Assembly: GCA_902795745.1 (NCBI GenBank)
Contig: CADBMG010000057.1
Coordinates: 1 to 35,513 of the forward strand
DNA from: an uncultured Pseudomonadota bacterium
Lineage (GTDB): Bacteria; Pseudomonadota; Alphaproteobacteria; RF32; CAG-239
Length of the DNA: 35,513 nt
Direction of reading: 5' to 3'
The position numbers and the translations under genes are program-made. The notes under the pieces were generated by a model. It ran no database searches and was not told where the DNA came from. It saw only the letters and a list, made by a program, of their open reading frames with translations. Below are positions 26,314-35,513 of the stretch, piece after piece; position 1 is the first letter of the stretch, and every line of letters begins with the position of its first letter.

Positions 26314-27624
26314 TCAACTCAAATAGTCATTAATTTTGCTCAATATTTTTTTAGCTTCGTTAATTTGTGCTTTCATATTCAAATCGGAATAAACGGAAAT
26401 GGCGGAATTATAGTAGTTTTTTGCTTCTAAGAAAAATTTTTCATCATCGTTTTGTTTACCGAGCAAATAATAAATCTTGCCTATTTTTTCCTGAATATCT
26501 GCCCATTCTGACGGGTATGTTGTTTGGTCATAAATTCTTTGCTGATTTTTATAACTGTCAATCGCCAATTGCATAATTGTTGCACTTTTAGTGCTCATAC
26601 CGAGCGAAGCTAAATAGTAACCGAGAAGACCTTCAACATGACACCAAGACTGTGGAAACTGTGCCAAAGAATATACTTTTTCGGCATCACGCAACTGAGA
26701 AACTGCATCACGCAAAGCTTGTAAGTCAAGAGTATGTTTCCACAATTCAAAATGCAAAAGTGCCAAATGATACGAAAGCATGCCGTAATCATAAGGATAG
26801 TTGCGATTAAGATATTTTTGTGCTTCTTGAAAATTAGCTATGGCAATTTTGAGATATTCAAAGCTGTTATCTTTGCCGGAGGAATAGGCTTTGGCGTACA
26901 ATTGTCCCAAGTTTGCATATACGCAACCGTAATAAATAGGTAATCGCATATATTGACGGTTATTTAATGCTTCATCGAATAAATTGGAAATAATTTTAAT
27001 ATCTTTATCGCTTAAGTTTTCTACGGTATTACATAAATATATTTTACCTAGCATATTCATAATATATGGCATAAACTCGCGGGAAATATCTTTGGGAGCC
27101 GCATCTTTGGCTAAAATAGCAATAATCTCGCTTAAAATATGCGGTTGATGTCGACGCTGTTCTTCGGTTACGGGGACTATTGCCGCGACAATAATCGCAT
27201 ATATCAACATTAATACGGAATTGGAAAATTTTTCCGGATTTGCAAAATAACTTAATGGTAAAAACAGACTGTCCAGCAGTGAAAAGGTCCATTGATTAGG
27301 AATAACATATTGATTTTTTACCTGAAAATTGAGGCGGATTTTACCGTCTTCTTCGTATCCCCAAACTAAAATATCAGAGTGAGTACTACTGAGAATTTTA
27401 TTGCCACGGTCAATAAAATCGAAGAAATTACGTCCTTGCAAATTGAGAAAACTTTTAGAAAAAGGCTCATTAAAAAAGTTTACATCAAACAATTCATTTT
27501 GTTTCAATACTTCGGCAAAACGCAATCCGCAATTCAAGTTGCACTTATCTTCAAATGCCACTACCGTTATTCTGAATAGTCCGTTCAGTGATGCTGCGGG
27601 AGTTGAAGTTCTAAACAGTTTCAT
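26314..27624 (-). CDS. Uncharacterised 436-aa protein: unknown N-terminal domain, central hydrophobic segment, C-terminal TPR-like helical repeats
   Basis: Hydrophobic stretch SVLMLIYAIIVAAIVPV. Repeated Y/A/L-rich helical pairs (YANLGQLYAKAY, AIANFQEAQKY, YHLALLHFEL, IGKIYYLLGK, AKNYYNSAISVY). Confidence 0.5.
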   Translation of the reverse strand: MKLFRTSTPAASLNGLFRITVVAFEDKCNLNCGLRFAEVLKQNELFDVNFFNEPFSKSFLNLQGRNFFDFIDRGNKILSSTHSDILVWGYEEDGKIRLNFQVKNQYVIPNQWTFSLLDSLFLPLSYFANPEKFSNSVLMLIYAIIVAAIVPVTEEQRRHQPHILSEIIAILAKDAAPKDISREFMPYIMNMLGKIYLCNTVENLSDKDIKIISNLFDEALNNRQYMRLPIYYGCVYANLGQLYAKAYSSGKDNSFEYLKIAIANFQEAQKYLNRNYPYDYGMLSYHLALLHFELWKHTLDLQALRDAVSQLRDAEKVYSLAQFPQSWCHVEGLLGYYLASLGMSTKSATIMQLAIDSYKNQQRIYDQTTYPSEWADIQEKIGKIYYLLGKQNDDEKFFLEAKNYYNSAISVYSDLNMKAQINEAKKILSKINDYLS

Positions 27625-27628
27625 ATTG

Positions 27629-28702
27629 TTATTTATCCTCTTTTGATATTTTCAGAGCATCTTTTGCAGCCTGAATGTTTTGCTTTAAATCTTTTACAAA
27701 CGCCTGATTAATTTCTTTTAGGTTTTTAGGCTCGTTTTTATCGGAACGACCGAAGGAACTATTGAGCCACAAAATAATCAATAACGTAATCAGCGGCATT
27801 GAAAATGTATTGACTGAAAAAAGCTGGAACCATGCCAAAAATACATTAACTGTACAGATTTTTGCAATATTGATAGCTAGGATGTGGTGTGAATATTTGG
27901 TAGCAGCCTCATAATAACAAGTGTTTTCAAGCAAGTTTCCCGAATGAGTGACAAAATAGCGATACCATAATGCCGAGAGCAATTCTGCCCAAAATACACC
28001 GGTTAAAACAGCGCAAGACATAAAACTAAACTCGCCTATTTGCAAAATCAATAAATAAAAAACCAAAAAAGCAACAGCAGCACATGAACCGCAATCCATG
28101 TTAATTTTTGCTCCATAATAATTGATATTGAGAAATGCCATCAGTATACCGAGAAGAATCGTGGCACATAAAGCACTAAACATCGGGATTGCTCCGATTA
28201 TGCCCAAAACTATCAACCCGAAAAGTATTGCCAATAAAGGAATGGCAAAGGCCTGAGTTGTACTGTTCATCAACCTGTATAACAAACAAAAAATTACGCC
28301 GAATACAACAATGGCACAACGTACAATATTTACATCCAACTTCGGAAACGGCGAACCGTCGCCTATCGGCTGCATCCAAACCGCCAGCCCTACAGCCACA
28401 ACTGTCGTAAGCATGAAACCGATACGCGATTCGATAAGCGAGGCTATATAAATTATCAATGCCAAGCCAATTGGTAAAATGGCTCTGGAAAAAGTTAACG
28501 GTTCAATAAAATCATGGTTATCGAGCAAAAAATAAGCTGCAACACTGCCTACTGTATAAAATGTTAAGACATACCATAACGGCAACATCCAAATCTTAAA
28601 TTGCAACGTTTGCATATATTTTTTTACCACCGGAGCAAATGATATATACATTGCTATAAAACCGCAAATTGCAAACAACAAAATCATTAATGCCGCATTC
28701 AT
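27629..28702 (-). CDS. Polytopic inner-membrane protein (about 357 aa, about 10 TM), unknown function; faint resemblance to MraY/WecA-type transferases
   Basis: AAGGAG lies 6 nt upstream of ATG 28702 (the track GTG 28708 abuts the SD). It is hydrophobic throughout. The NINYYGAKINMDCG segment only loosely recalls the NxxNxxDGxDG loop. Confidence 0.5.
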   Translation of the reverse strand: MNAALMILLFAICGFIAMYISFAPVVKKYMQTLQFKIWMLPLWYVLTFYTVGSVAAYFLLDNHDFIEPLTFSRAILPIGLALIIYIASLIESRIGFMLTTVVAVGLAVWMQPIGDGSPFPKLDVNIVRCAIVVFGVIFCLLYRLMNSTTQAFAIPLLAILFGLIVLGIIGAIPMFSALCATILLGILMAFLNINYYGAKINMDCGSCAAVAFLVFYLLILQIGEFSFMSCAVLTGVFWAELLSALWYRYFVTHSGNLLENTCYYEAATKYSHHILAINIAKICTVNVFLAWFQLFSVNTFSMPLITLLIILWLNSSFGRSDKNEPKNLKEINQAFVKDLKQNIQAAKDALKISKEDK

Positions 28703-28747
28703 TGTCACCTCCTTGCTATCAATTTAATATACTCTAACACTAATTTA

Positions 28748-30028
28748 TTAAATTATTCTTTGCATTTTGCAAATAAAGAAGGAATCCATACCGCCGCTGA
28801 TTTTATGGTAAAAAGGCATCGTTCTTATCCATCCCTTATCGGTGATAAGCTTGTCGTCCCAAGTTCCGTATGAGCTTATAGTTTCGGTTTTAATCGGTAC
28901 AATTTTAAAATTCGGATGCATTTTTAAGAAGTTATTTATTTGTCTTTCTCCTTCATCTTGGGCAATTGAGCAAACGCTATAAACCAAAATTCCGCCAACG
29001 GTAATTATATTTTCGCATACATTTAACAATTTTTCTTGTAGGGTAGTGGCTTTAGCTACGTCTTCGCTATTCTTGATATGCAAAACTTCCGGATGACGAC
29101 GAAAAGTTCCACTGGCCGAGCATGGAGCATCCAGAAGAACAACATCGTATTTTTCAGTGGAATTTTGCATAAAATCAATTGCATCAATAACTTGGGTTTG
29201 AACATTATTAATCTTTAATCTTTGCAGATTACTGCGCAATTTTTCCAATCGCTCAGCAGATACATCAAGTGCGGTGACATTTGCTCCACCTGTCGCAAGT
29301 TGTGCGGTTTTACCCCCCGGAGCTGCACACAAATCAATCACCTTTTTTCCTTTAATGCTGTCCAGTGTTAGTACGGGTAATGACGCGGCGACATCCTGTA
29401 TCCACCATTTGCCTTCCGAAAATCCTTCCAAATAGGTAATTTTGGTGTTGCCCGACAATCGCAAACTGCCGTTCGGCAAAATCTCAGCGTTGAGCTTTTC
29501 GGCCCAAACATCCGGATTGTCTTTTACCGTAATATCCAGTGGAGGAATATTATTTACACTGCGATTAATTTGTTCAATTTGCATGTCGCTATATCCGCGG
29601 AGGAGCTGTAAAAAGTCCGTCGGTAAATAACAGGATTGTTGCAACTTTTGTTGCCAAATACTTTTTTCTGCGGCAATTTTACGTAAAACAGCATTTGCTA
29701 ATCCGCTCAAAAATTTATCACTGACCTTGCGAACATTTTGTACCGTATCGTTAATTACGGCATATTGCGCCGTATCCATAAGTAAAAGTTCGGCAATTGC
29801 CATCAGTAATAAATATTCGGCAGGACGATGCTTATGCGGAATTTTCTTTTTTAAGAAAAAACGTAAAACATTCTTTAATCCTGCCCAATTGCGCAAACTT
29901 GTCAAAATCAGCATATTGGCAAACGGTAACTCATCTTTGCTGAAATTATCTTTGAGTTCGGCAAAAAATACTTTATTCTCTAAAATAGTTTGCAGAACTT
30001 GTGCGCATTTAATTCTGAGGTTGGGCAT
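28748..30028 (-). CDS. rsmB: 16S rRNA (cytosine-C5)-methyltransferase RsmB/Sun
   Basis: DLCAAPGGKT (SAM), LLDAPCSASGT and YSVCS catalytic cysteines, and a NusB-like N-terminal region. Confidence 0.85.
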   Translation of the reverse strand: MPNLRIKCAQVLQTILENKVFFAELKDNFSKDELPFANMLILTSLRNWAGLKNVLRFFLKKKIPHKHRPAEYLLLMAIAELLLMDTAQYAVINDTVQNVRKVSDKFLSGLANAVLRKIAAEKSIWQQKLQQSCYLPTDFLQLLRGYSDMQIEQINRSVNNIPPLDITVKDNPDVWAEKLNAEILPNGSLRLSGNTKITYLEGFSEGKWWIQDVAASLPVLTLDSIKGKKVIDLCAAPGGKTAQLATGGANVTALDVSAERLEKLRSNLQRLKINNVQTQVIDAIDFMQNSTEKYDVVLLDAPCSASGTFRRHPEVLHIKNSEDVAKATTLQEKLLNVCENIITVGGILVYSVCSIAQDEGERQINNFLKMHPNFKIVPIKTETISSYGTWDDKLITDKGWIRTMPFYHKISGGMDSFFICKMQRII

Positions 30029-33000
30029 TTGTTTCTTTCTTTTGATAATCTGTCATTGTTTGAATCAGAATATACATCAGAGGAATTAAAACCAACCCTG
30101 CCGCCGTACCGATAATCATTCCGGCAAACACCGGTACACCTACGGCAACACGGCTTCCTGCCGATGCCCCACTTGCCCAGACCAGCGGTGCCACACCCAA
30201 GATGAAGGTCATAGCCGTCATTAACACAGCACGGAAACGTTCCTTGGTTCCATATAGGGCGGCGTGCAGTACGGTTGCTCCGCGTTTATGTGCTTCACTG
30301 GCAAATTCTACAATCAAAATAGCATTTTTTGCCGCTAATCCGACCAGCAATACCAAACCAAGTTGGGCGTAGATGCTAAGTGACATTTTTGTGATAAACA
30401 GACCAATTAAAGCTCCGAGCATTGCTCCGGTAACCGACAACATAACCGCAAGCGGAATGGTCCAGCTCTCGTATTGCGCTACCATGAACAGATAGGCAAA
30501 TAAAACAGCAAAGGCGATAATGTAGAAAATCTGACCTTGGTTATTTTTTTCTTGCAGGCTTGCACCTGACCAAGCATAAGTATATCCTTTAGGTAGAGTT
30601 TTAACAGCCAAATCTTCCAATGCTTTCATTGCTTCACCGGTGGAGAACCCGATATTAGCCATAGCATTAACCGTTGCACTCGGATATTGATTATAGCGTT
30701 CAATACCACGCGGCAGCAACACGGTTTTAATCTTGATTAAACTGCCCAACGGAACCATAACACCTTTGCTGCTGTGGACATATATTTTATCCAAACTGCT
30801 CAGGTCTTTACGATATTTCCAATCCGCTTGAATTTTTACCTTATTAACCTGTGTTCCAATATTAATATCATTTACATAGCTTGAACCGATATAAGTTTGT
30901 AACGAAGAATAAATCGTACCGATAGCAACACCTATTGATTCGGCCTTTTCTCGGTCAATTTCAATATAAGCATGAGGTGTTTGCGCATTGTAAGTAGAAT
31001 AAGCCAACATAATTTGCGGCATAGCCATAGCAGCGCGCGTAAAGTTGTTGACAACCGTTTCAAGCTCATTCATATCCGTTGATTCAACAGATTGAATTTT
31101 GAAATCCATGGCATTTGTTGAACCTAATCCCGGAATCGCCGGCATTTCGAAGAATTGAATTTTAGCTTCGGAAAATGTAGAAGTAACAGCTTGCAAACGT
31201 TTTAATATATTGGTTGAAAAATCTTTATCATCCTTTCGTTCATTCCAATTTTTCAAACTCAAAACACCAAAACCGACATTTTCTCCTTGTCCGGCCATAA
31301 TGCTGAAACCTTCCAAATTCATTATTGATTTAACAGCTGATTCGGTCTTTGCTGTTTCCATAATTTTCTGATTAACCGCCTCAGTTCGTACATTTGATGC
31401 ACCTTCCGGCAATTGTACATTTATCATAATTATACCTTGATCTTCATTCGGCAAAAACGAAGTAGCCGTAACTTTAAGGAAAAAGCCGATGCAAATAGCT
31501 ATTATTCCCAAAATAAATACAATTACACTGATTTTGCGTCCCAAATAACTGACCGCCACTAAATATTTATTGGTAATACCGGAGATAAAACGGTTAAACC
31601 AGCCGAGAGGTCCGCTCTTTTTTTCTTCAAACGGTCGTAAAAATGTTGCAGCTAATGCCGGAGACAAAGTCAGCGCATTAACCGACGAAAATAGAATGGC
31701 AAAACTTATAGTTATGGCAAATTGTTGATAGATTTTTCCGGTAATTCCGCCCATAAAGGCAATCGGCACGAAAATCGCAAGCAAAACCAATGTCGTGGCA
31801 ACTACTGCACTTGAAACTTGCTCCATAGCCTTGGTTGCAGCCTTTTTTGGTGAAAGGTTTTCTTCTTGCATCAGGAATAATGAACGTTCCACTACTACAA
31901 TGGCATCATCAACCACCAAACCTATGGCCAAAACTAAACCGAACAACGTCAAAATGTTCAGGTTAAATCCTAATGCTTTCATCACGGCAAAAGTGGCTAA
32001 AATTGAAACCGGAATAGCAATCGACGGTACCAATGTCGCACGCCAATCTTGTAAAAAGATGTAGCAAACAAATACCACTAAGCCGAAAGTCAAAAACAGG
32101 GTAAAGAAGACTTCTTCAATTGATGCCAAAATAAAGTCCGTGGTATCTACGAAGATTTTAACTTCAAAATCTTTCGGATAAAAACGCTCTAATTTTGCTA
32201 ACTCGGCTCTGACGGCTTTCATAGCATTAACGGCATTTGCGCCAGATGATTTGTTAATCATAATTGAAACGGAAGGTTGTCCGTCCACCGTAGAGTTCAG
32301 CAAATAGTTTTCCGAGCCGAGTTCGACACGCGCAATATCTTTAAGACGCACCAGTCCACCTTCTTCAGCCGTGCGTACGATGATATTTTCAAAATCCTTC
32401 GGATCATTTAAACGTCCTTTTGTTTCCAAAGAATACACTAATACCTGCTTACCATCTCCCGGAGCGGAACCTACCGAACCGAGGGACGGCTGAACATTCT
32501 GACTGCGAATAGCTGCCTTAATCGTATCGAGAGGAATGTTTAAGGCGGTGGCTTTATCGGCATCAATCCATACTCGCATACTGATAGCCGAACCCATAAC
32601 GTTAACTTCGCCTACGCCATAAGCGCGACTGATGGCAATTTTAATATTGTTTTCTACATAGTTGTTTAAAAAATTACTGTCATAAGTGCCATTCGGTGAG
32701 GTCACTTGCAAAAATGCCAAAATATCGGACGAACGCCGCTGCACCGTAACACCCATATCTTGCACTTCTTTTGGCAATGTTGCCACAACTTGCTGAATAC
32801 GGTTTTGCACTTTTACTTGGTCAATATCCGGATCGGTACCGGTCTCAAAAGCTACGGAAAGCTGATATGCACCTGAGTTATACGAATTTGATGACATATA
32901 AAGCATATTTTCGATACCGTTAATGGCTTTTTCAATCGGAATTCCGACATTATTTGCCACCGTTTCGGCACTTGCTCCCGGATAAGTGGTTGAAACGCGG

Positions 33001-33131
33001 ATTTCCGGCGGAGCAATTTCCGGATACATGCCGATAGGCATGGTCATAACGGAAACAACACCGGCGAGAGCCATTACAATAGCAATTACGACGGCAAAGC
33101 GAGGTCTGTCAATAAAGAACTTTGAAAACAT
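30009..33131 (-). CDS. RND multidrug efflux transporter, AcrB/HAE1 family
   Basis: MFSKFFIDRPRFAVVIAIV N-terminus, 12-TM architecture with two large periplasmic loops. Length 1040 aa. Confidence 0.95.
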   Translation of the reverse strand: MFSKFFIDRPRFAVVIAIVMALAGVVSVMTMPIGMYPEIAPPEIRVSTTYPGASAETVANNVGIPIEKAINGIENMLYMSSNSYNSGAYQLSVAFETGTDPDIDQVKVQNRIQQVVATLPKEVQDMGVTVQRRSSDILAFLQVTSPNGTYDSNFLNNYVENNIKIAISRAYGVGEVNVMGSAISMRVWIDADKATALNIPLDTIKAAIRSQNVQPSLGSVGSAPGDGKQVLVYSLETKGRLNDPKDFENIIVRTAEEGGLVRLKDIARVELGSENYLLNSTVDGQPSVSIMINKSSGANAVNAMKAVRAELAKLERFYPKDFEVKIFVDTTDFILASIEEVFFTLFLTFGLVVFVCYIFLQDWRATLVPSIAIPVSILATFAVMKALGFNLNILTLFGLVLAIGLVVDDAIVVVERSLFLMQEENLSPKKAATKAMEQVSSAVVATTLVLLAIFVPIAFMGGITGKIYQQFAITISFAILFSSVNALTLSPALAATFLRPFEEKKSGPLGWFNRFISGITNKYLVAVSYLGRKISVIVFILGIIAICIGFFLKVTATSFLPNEDQGIIMINVQLPEGASNVRTEAVNQKIMETAKTESAVKSIMNLEGFSIMAGQGENVGFGVLSLKNWNERKDDKDFSTNILKRLQAVTSTFSEAKIQFFEMPAIPGLGSTNAMDFKIQSVESTDMNELETVVNNFTRAAMAMPQIMLAYSTYNAQTPHAYIEIDREKAESIGVAIGTIYSSLQTYIGSSYVNDINIGTQVNKVKIQADWKYRKDLSSLDKIYVHSSKGVMVPLGSLIKIKTVLLPRGIERYNQYPSATVNAMANIGFSTGEAMKALEDLAVKTLPKGYTYAWSGASLQEKNNQGQIFYIIAFAVLFAYLFMVAQYESWTIPLAVMLSVTGAMLGALIGLFITKMSLSIYAQLGLVLLVGLAAKNAILIVEFASEAHKRGATVLHAALYGTKERFRAVLMTAMTFILGVAPLVWASGASAGSRVAVGVPVFAGMIIGTAAGLVLIPLMYILIQTMTDYQKKETNAQPQN

Positions 33132-33142
33132 TTCTCTTCCCC

Positions 33143-34327
33143 CTATTTATCGGCTAAAATACCGATTTTAATCGGTGAATTATTTTGGATTTTTACATTA
33201 CCTTGCACAATGACTTTTTCGCCTTCATTAAGTCCGCTCAAAACGGCTTGTTCGTTACCGTTAATAGCATCGCCCAGCACCACGCGTCGTTGTTCGGCAA
33301 CTCCGTGCCAGTCATTTTCTTTGCTTGTCTCTTCATTGATTTTGGCAATATAAACAAATGCACCATCCTTGTCGTAGTTTACGGCAGTCTGCGGTATAAC
33401 AACTTTATAATTCGGCTCATTATCTGTTATCGCTGTCTGCACATAATTACCGGGAATTAGACGACCGGAGGAATTAGCTACATCGGTATATACAGTTATG
33501 GTAGCGGTATTGGTGTTTACGGCATTATCTATAAATTTGTTTACCACTTTTTCATTTACGGTTTCTCCTGTTGCCAAAGTAATACGTGCCTGCAAATCTT
33601 TGTCGGCATAATCTTTTTGCATCAATGAAGCAACTTCTTTGTCAGTCAGTGAAAAACTGATGCGCACCGGATCAACCTGAACAATGCGTGCCAACACAAC
33701 GCTCGAAGCCACCACATAGTTGCCTTTTGTTACCAAAACCTTACCGATTTTACCGCTAATAGGTGCGGTAACTTTGGTTTCATCCAAATCCTTTTTGGCA
33801 ACGTCCAAATTGGCTTTGGCTTCTTCAACAGCAGCTTTTGCTTGCAAGTAGGCACTTTCTGATGTATCAAAAGTTGCTTTTGAGGCATATTTTTCTTGGC
33901 TCAATTTAACTTGGCGGTTGTAATCGCGTTCTGCTTTAACTAAATTAGCCTTTGCGCTGTCCAAACGAGCTGTTGCCAAATCGTATGCTGCTTCGTATTT
34001 TGAAGAATCAATTTCAAATAAAACCTGTCCTTCAGTCACAAGACTTCCTTCATCAAACAAAACTTTTTCTACCGTACCGGTAACTTGCGGTAGAATACTC
34101 ACTTCATTAATTGCTTCAATGTAAGAAATTTTATCATTGAAGGAAGAAATATCTTTTTTATCTGCTCCTTGTGCCAAAACGTAAACTTCTCCGCCATAGC
34201 CCATCATATTGGCACTTGGTGAAAGACGCCCTTTCAAATACCAGCCAATGGCAACACAAAATATAAATAAGGCAATTTTTTTCGATATTTCTTTTAAATT
34301 AGGATAATTAATCTTCATCTTTTTCAC
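33143..34327 (-). CDS. RND efflux periplasmic adaptor (membrane fusion protein, AcrA family)
   Basis: N-terminal anchor, coiled-coil hairpin (AYDLATARLDSAKANL...AKAAVEEAKANLDVAKKDL), then lipoyl and beta-barrel segments. Confidence 0.9.
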   Translation of the reverse strand: MKKMKINYPNLKEISKKIALFIFCVAIGWYLKGRLSPSANMMGYGGEVYVLAQGADKKDISSFNDKISYIEAINEVSILPQVTGTVEKVLFDEGSLVTEGQVLFEIDSSKYEAAYDLATARLDSAKANLVKAERDYNRQVKLSQEKYASKATFDTSESAYLQAKAAVEEAKANLDVAKKDLDETKVTAPISGKIGKVLVTKGNYVVASSVVLARIVQVDPVRISFSLTDKEVASLMQKDYADKDLQARITLATGETVNEKVVNKFIDNAVNTNTATITVYTDVANSSGRLIPGNYVQTAITDNEPNYKVVIPQTAVNYDKDGAFVYIAKINEETSKENDWHGVAEQRRVVLGDAINGNEQAVLSGLNEGEKVIVQGNVKIQNNSPIKIGILADK

Positions 34328-34943
34328 TCTCTGTTTTAATACTGTTGAAAATCAAATTGAAACCGGTACGTACCGCATCATCAAAATCATACGTTAGTCG
34401 TTTAGAAAAATAGCCTTCAAGCAAACCGCTGTACATCATTCTGAGCAATTCTGCAATCATAACCACATCAACATCATCACGAATCTTGCCGCGTTTTTGT
34501 AAACCTAACAGGCTCTCATACATCAAACTGCGACCAATATTTTGCGTTTTTTCAATTGAAGGACGGACTTTACTGATAATACTTTCGCTCCACTCCATCT
34601 GACTGGTAATGAAAAACAAAAATTTTGAAAATTTTTCATCTTCTCTGATGTGTTTATTAATTAGAAGCTCCATATCAATAATGTCGGTGAATTCCAACTC
34701 ATTACGTGCTTCCATAAAGTTACGAATAAGCACCAAATGCTTTTCGGCAAAATCATTAATCAGGGCGGCCACAATATCAGGTTTATTTCTGAAATTCCAA
34801 TAAACTGCACCTTTAGTTAAGTTTATACGCTTGGCAATTTCATCAAAGGTAGTTTTGGAATAGCCTTTTTCACAGAAAATATCCATAGCCGAAGCTAAAA
34901 TATCTTGGCGAGTTTGCTCGGCATCAGCCTTTGTTCGTCGCAT
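34308..34943 (-). CDS. TetR/AcrR family regulator of the efflux cluster
   Basis: HTH TTFDEIAKRINLTKGAVYWNFRNK. The start is set at ATG 34943 (AAGGA 8 nt upstream). The track start 35027 would read through the promoter and operators. Confidence 0.85.
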   Translation of the reverse strand: MRRTKADAEQTRQDILASAMDIFCEKGYSKTTFDEIAKRINLTKGAVYWNFRNKPDIVAALINDFAEKHLVLIRNFMEARNELEFTDIIDMELLINKHIREDEKFSKFLFFITSQMEWSESIISKVRPSIEKTQNIGRSLMYESLLGLQKRGKIRDDVDVVMIAELLRMMYSGLLEGYFSKRLTYDFDDAVRTGFNLIFNSIKTESEKDED

Positions 34944-34964
34944 CGTATTAATCCTTTGCAAAAT

Positions 34965-34986
34965 ATTCATACTAAGCAGTATGTAT
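34965..34986 (-). promoter_or_regulatory. Operator-like palindrome O2 (ATTCATACT-AAGC-AGTATGTAT) overlapping the candidate -10
   Basis: 9-bp inverted repeat with one mismatch. In gene orientation it shares TATACATAC..TG with the 26-bp element. Confidence 0.45.
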
Positions 34987-35011
34987 ATAGCAATTTTGAC
35001 TAGAAATGCAA
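34984..35011 (-). promoter_or_regulatory. Candidate promoter of the efflux TetR-MFP-RND operon (TTGCAT-16 nt-TATATA)
   Basis: Hexamers read on the minus strand. The -35 lies inside the conserved TATTGCA. Confidence 0.4.
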
Positions 35012-35020
35012 TATTTTTTT

Positions 35021-35046
35021 TATACATTCAGGTATGTATATTTATT
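35021..35046 (-). promoter_or_regulatory. Operator-like element TATACATTCAGGTATGTATATTTATT (inverted repeat TATACAT-N6-ATGTATA), copy B
   Basis: It is the exact reverse complement of 1716-1741. It has the same orientation and similar distance relative to its downstream gene as copy A. Confidence 0.6.
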
Positions 35047-35149
35047 AAAAATTATTTAAAATTAACCCGAAATATTTTCCAATAGCAAAAAAATGAAATT
35101 TTATATTTAGCGGTCATATTTCAGTGCTTATCTCGCAATTTAATAATCA

Positions 35150-35513
35150 TCAATTTACCGGAGCGGCAACAGCTTTATAAAAGGCTGTTAAGCTTTGCAA
35201 AACCTGTGTATTAATTGCCACAAAATCTTGTTCGGCGGCGATAAGATTTTGTTGAGTATGAACAACTTGGGAAAATTCAATCAAGCCGTTTTCATATTTT
35301 TTTTGCGTCAATTGTGCTGCTTTGCGCATATTTTGCAGGGCTCTTGCTCTATTTTGTAGTGCCGAAAGGTTTTCATAATATGCAGTTTGTGCATTTTTAA
35401 TTTCGGTAACCGCATCTAAAACGGTTTGCTTATAATTTGCTAAAGCTTCCGCTTTTATATATTTTTGCAGACGTACATTATTTTGCAAACGGTTCCAATC
35501 TAGCAGCGGCAAA
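35150..35513 (-). CDS. Outer-membrane efflux factor (TolC/OprM family), C-terminal fragment; the gene continues beyond the right edge
   Basis: Coiled-coil C-terminal repeat typical of OMFs (YENGLIEFSQVVHTQQNLIAAEQDFVAINTQVLQSLTAFYKAV). The frame is open to the window end. Confidence 0.75.
   Translation of the reverse strand, partial: LPLLDWNRLQNNVRLQKYIKAEALANYKQTVLDAVTEIKNAQTAYYENLSALQNRARALQNMRKAAQLTQKKYENGLIEFSQVVHTQQNLIAAEQDFVAINTQVLQSLTAFYKAVAAPVN

Overview
This 35.5 kb window is an AT-rich chromosomal segment from a Gram-negative-type bacterium (LptF/G permease, tripartite RND efflux genes). I could run no database or HMM search, so family calls rest on motifs read from the translations. 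Most of the window is densely packed housekeeping DNA. Recognisable genes are a tandem Nudix hydrolase, two TetR regulators, a MurC-like Mur ligase, a 2x[4Fe-4S] ferredoxin, a TrmN6-like NPPY methyltransferase, hslO, recX, an M49/DPP3-like zinc hydrolase, an HD hydrolase, serS, lptF/G, cysK, gmk, an SDR, ligA, a nitroreductase, rsmB and an OMF-TetR-MFP-RND efflux cluster. I found no tRNA or rRNA gene, CRISPR array, transposase or integrase. Two things stand out. (1) An orphan island at about 11.9-14.3 kb, between recX and a long minus-strand gene string, holds four ORFs with no motif I recognise (114 aa; 301 aa plus an untracked ATGA-coupled 42 aa; a 142-aa 2-TM protein). The first two transcription units have paralogous promoter-leader and terminator modules around unrelated cargo. 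The second promoter carries a G9 tract in its -35/-10 spacer, which makes it a candidate phase-variable switch. Sampled lines of the 301-aa gene are also G+C-richer than sampled housekeeping lines. (2) An identical 26-bp palindrome-containing element, followed 7 nt later by the same TATTGCA, lies upstream of both the efflux-cluster TetR gene (about 35.0 kb) and a small secreted His-rich/QV-repeat protein gene (about 1.7 kb). This implies a shared regulon across 33 kb. Smaller observations include untracked micro-ORFs, unusual translational couplings, and an uncharacterised TPR-like plus polytopic-membrane gene pair.
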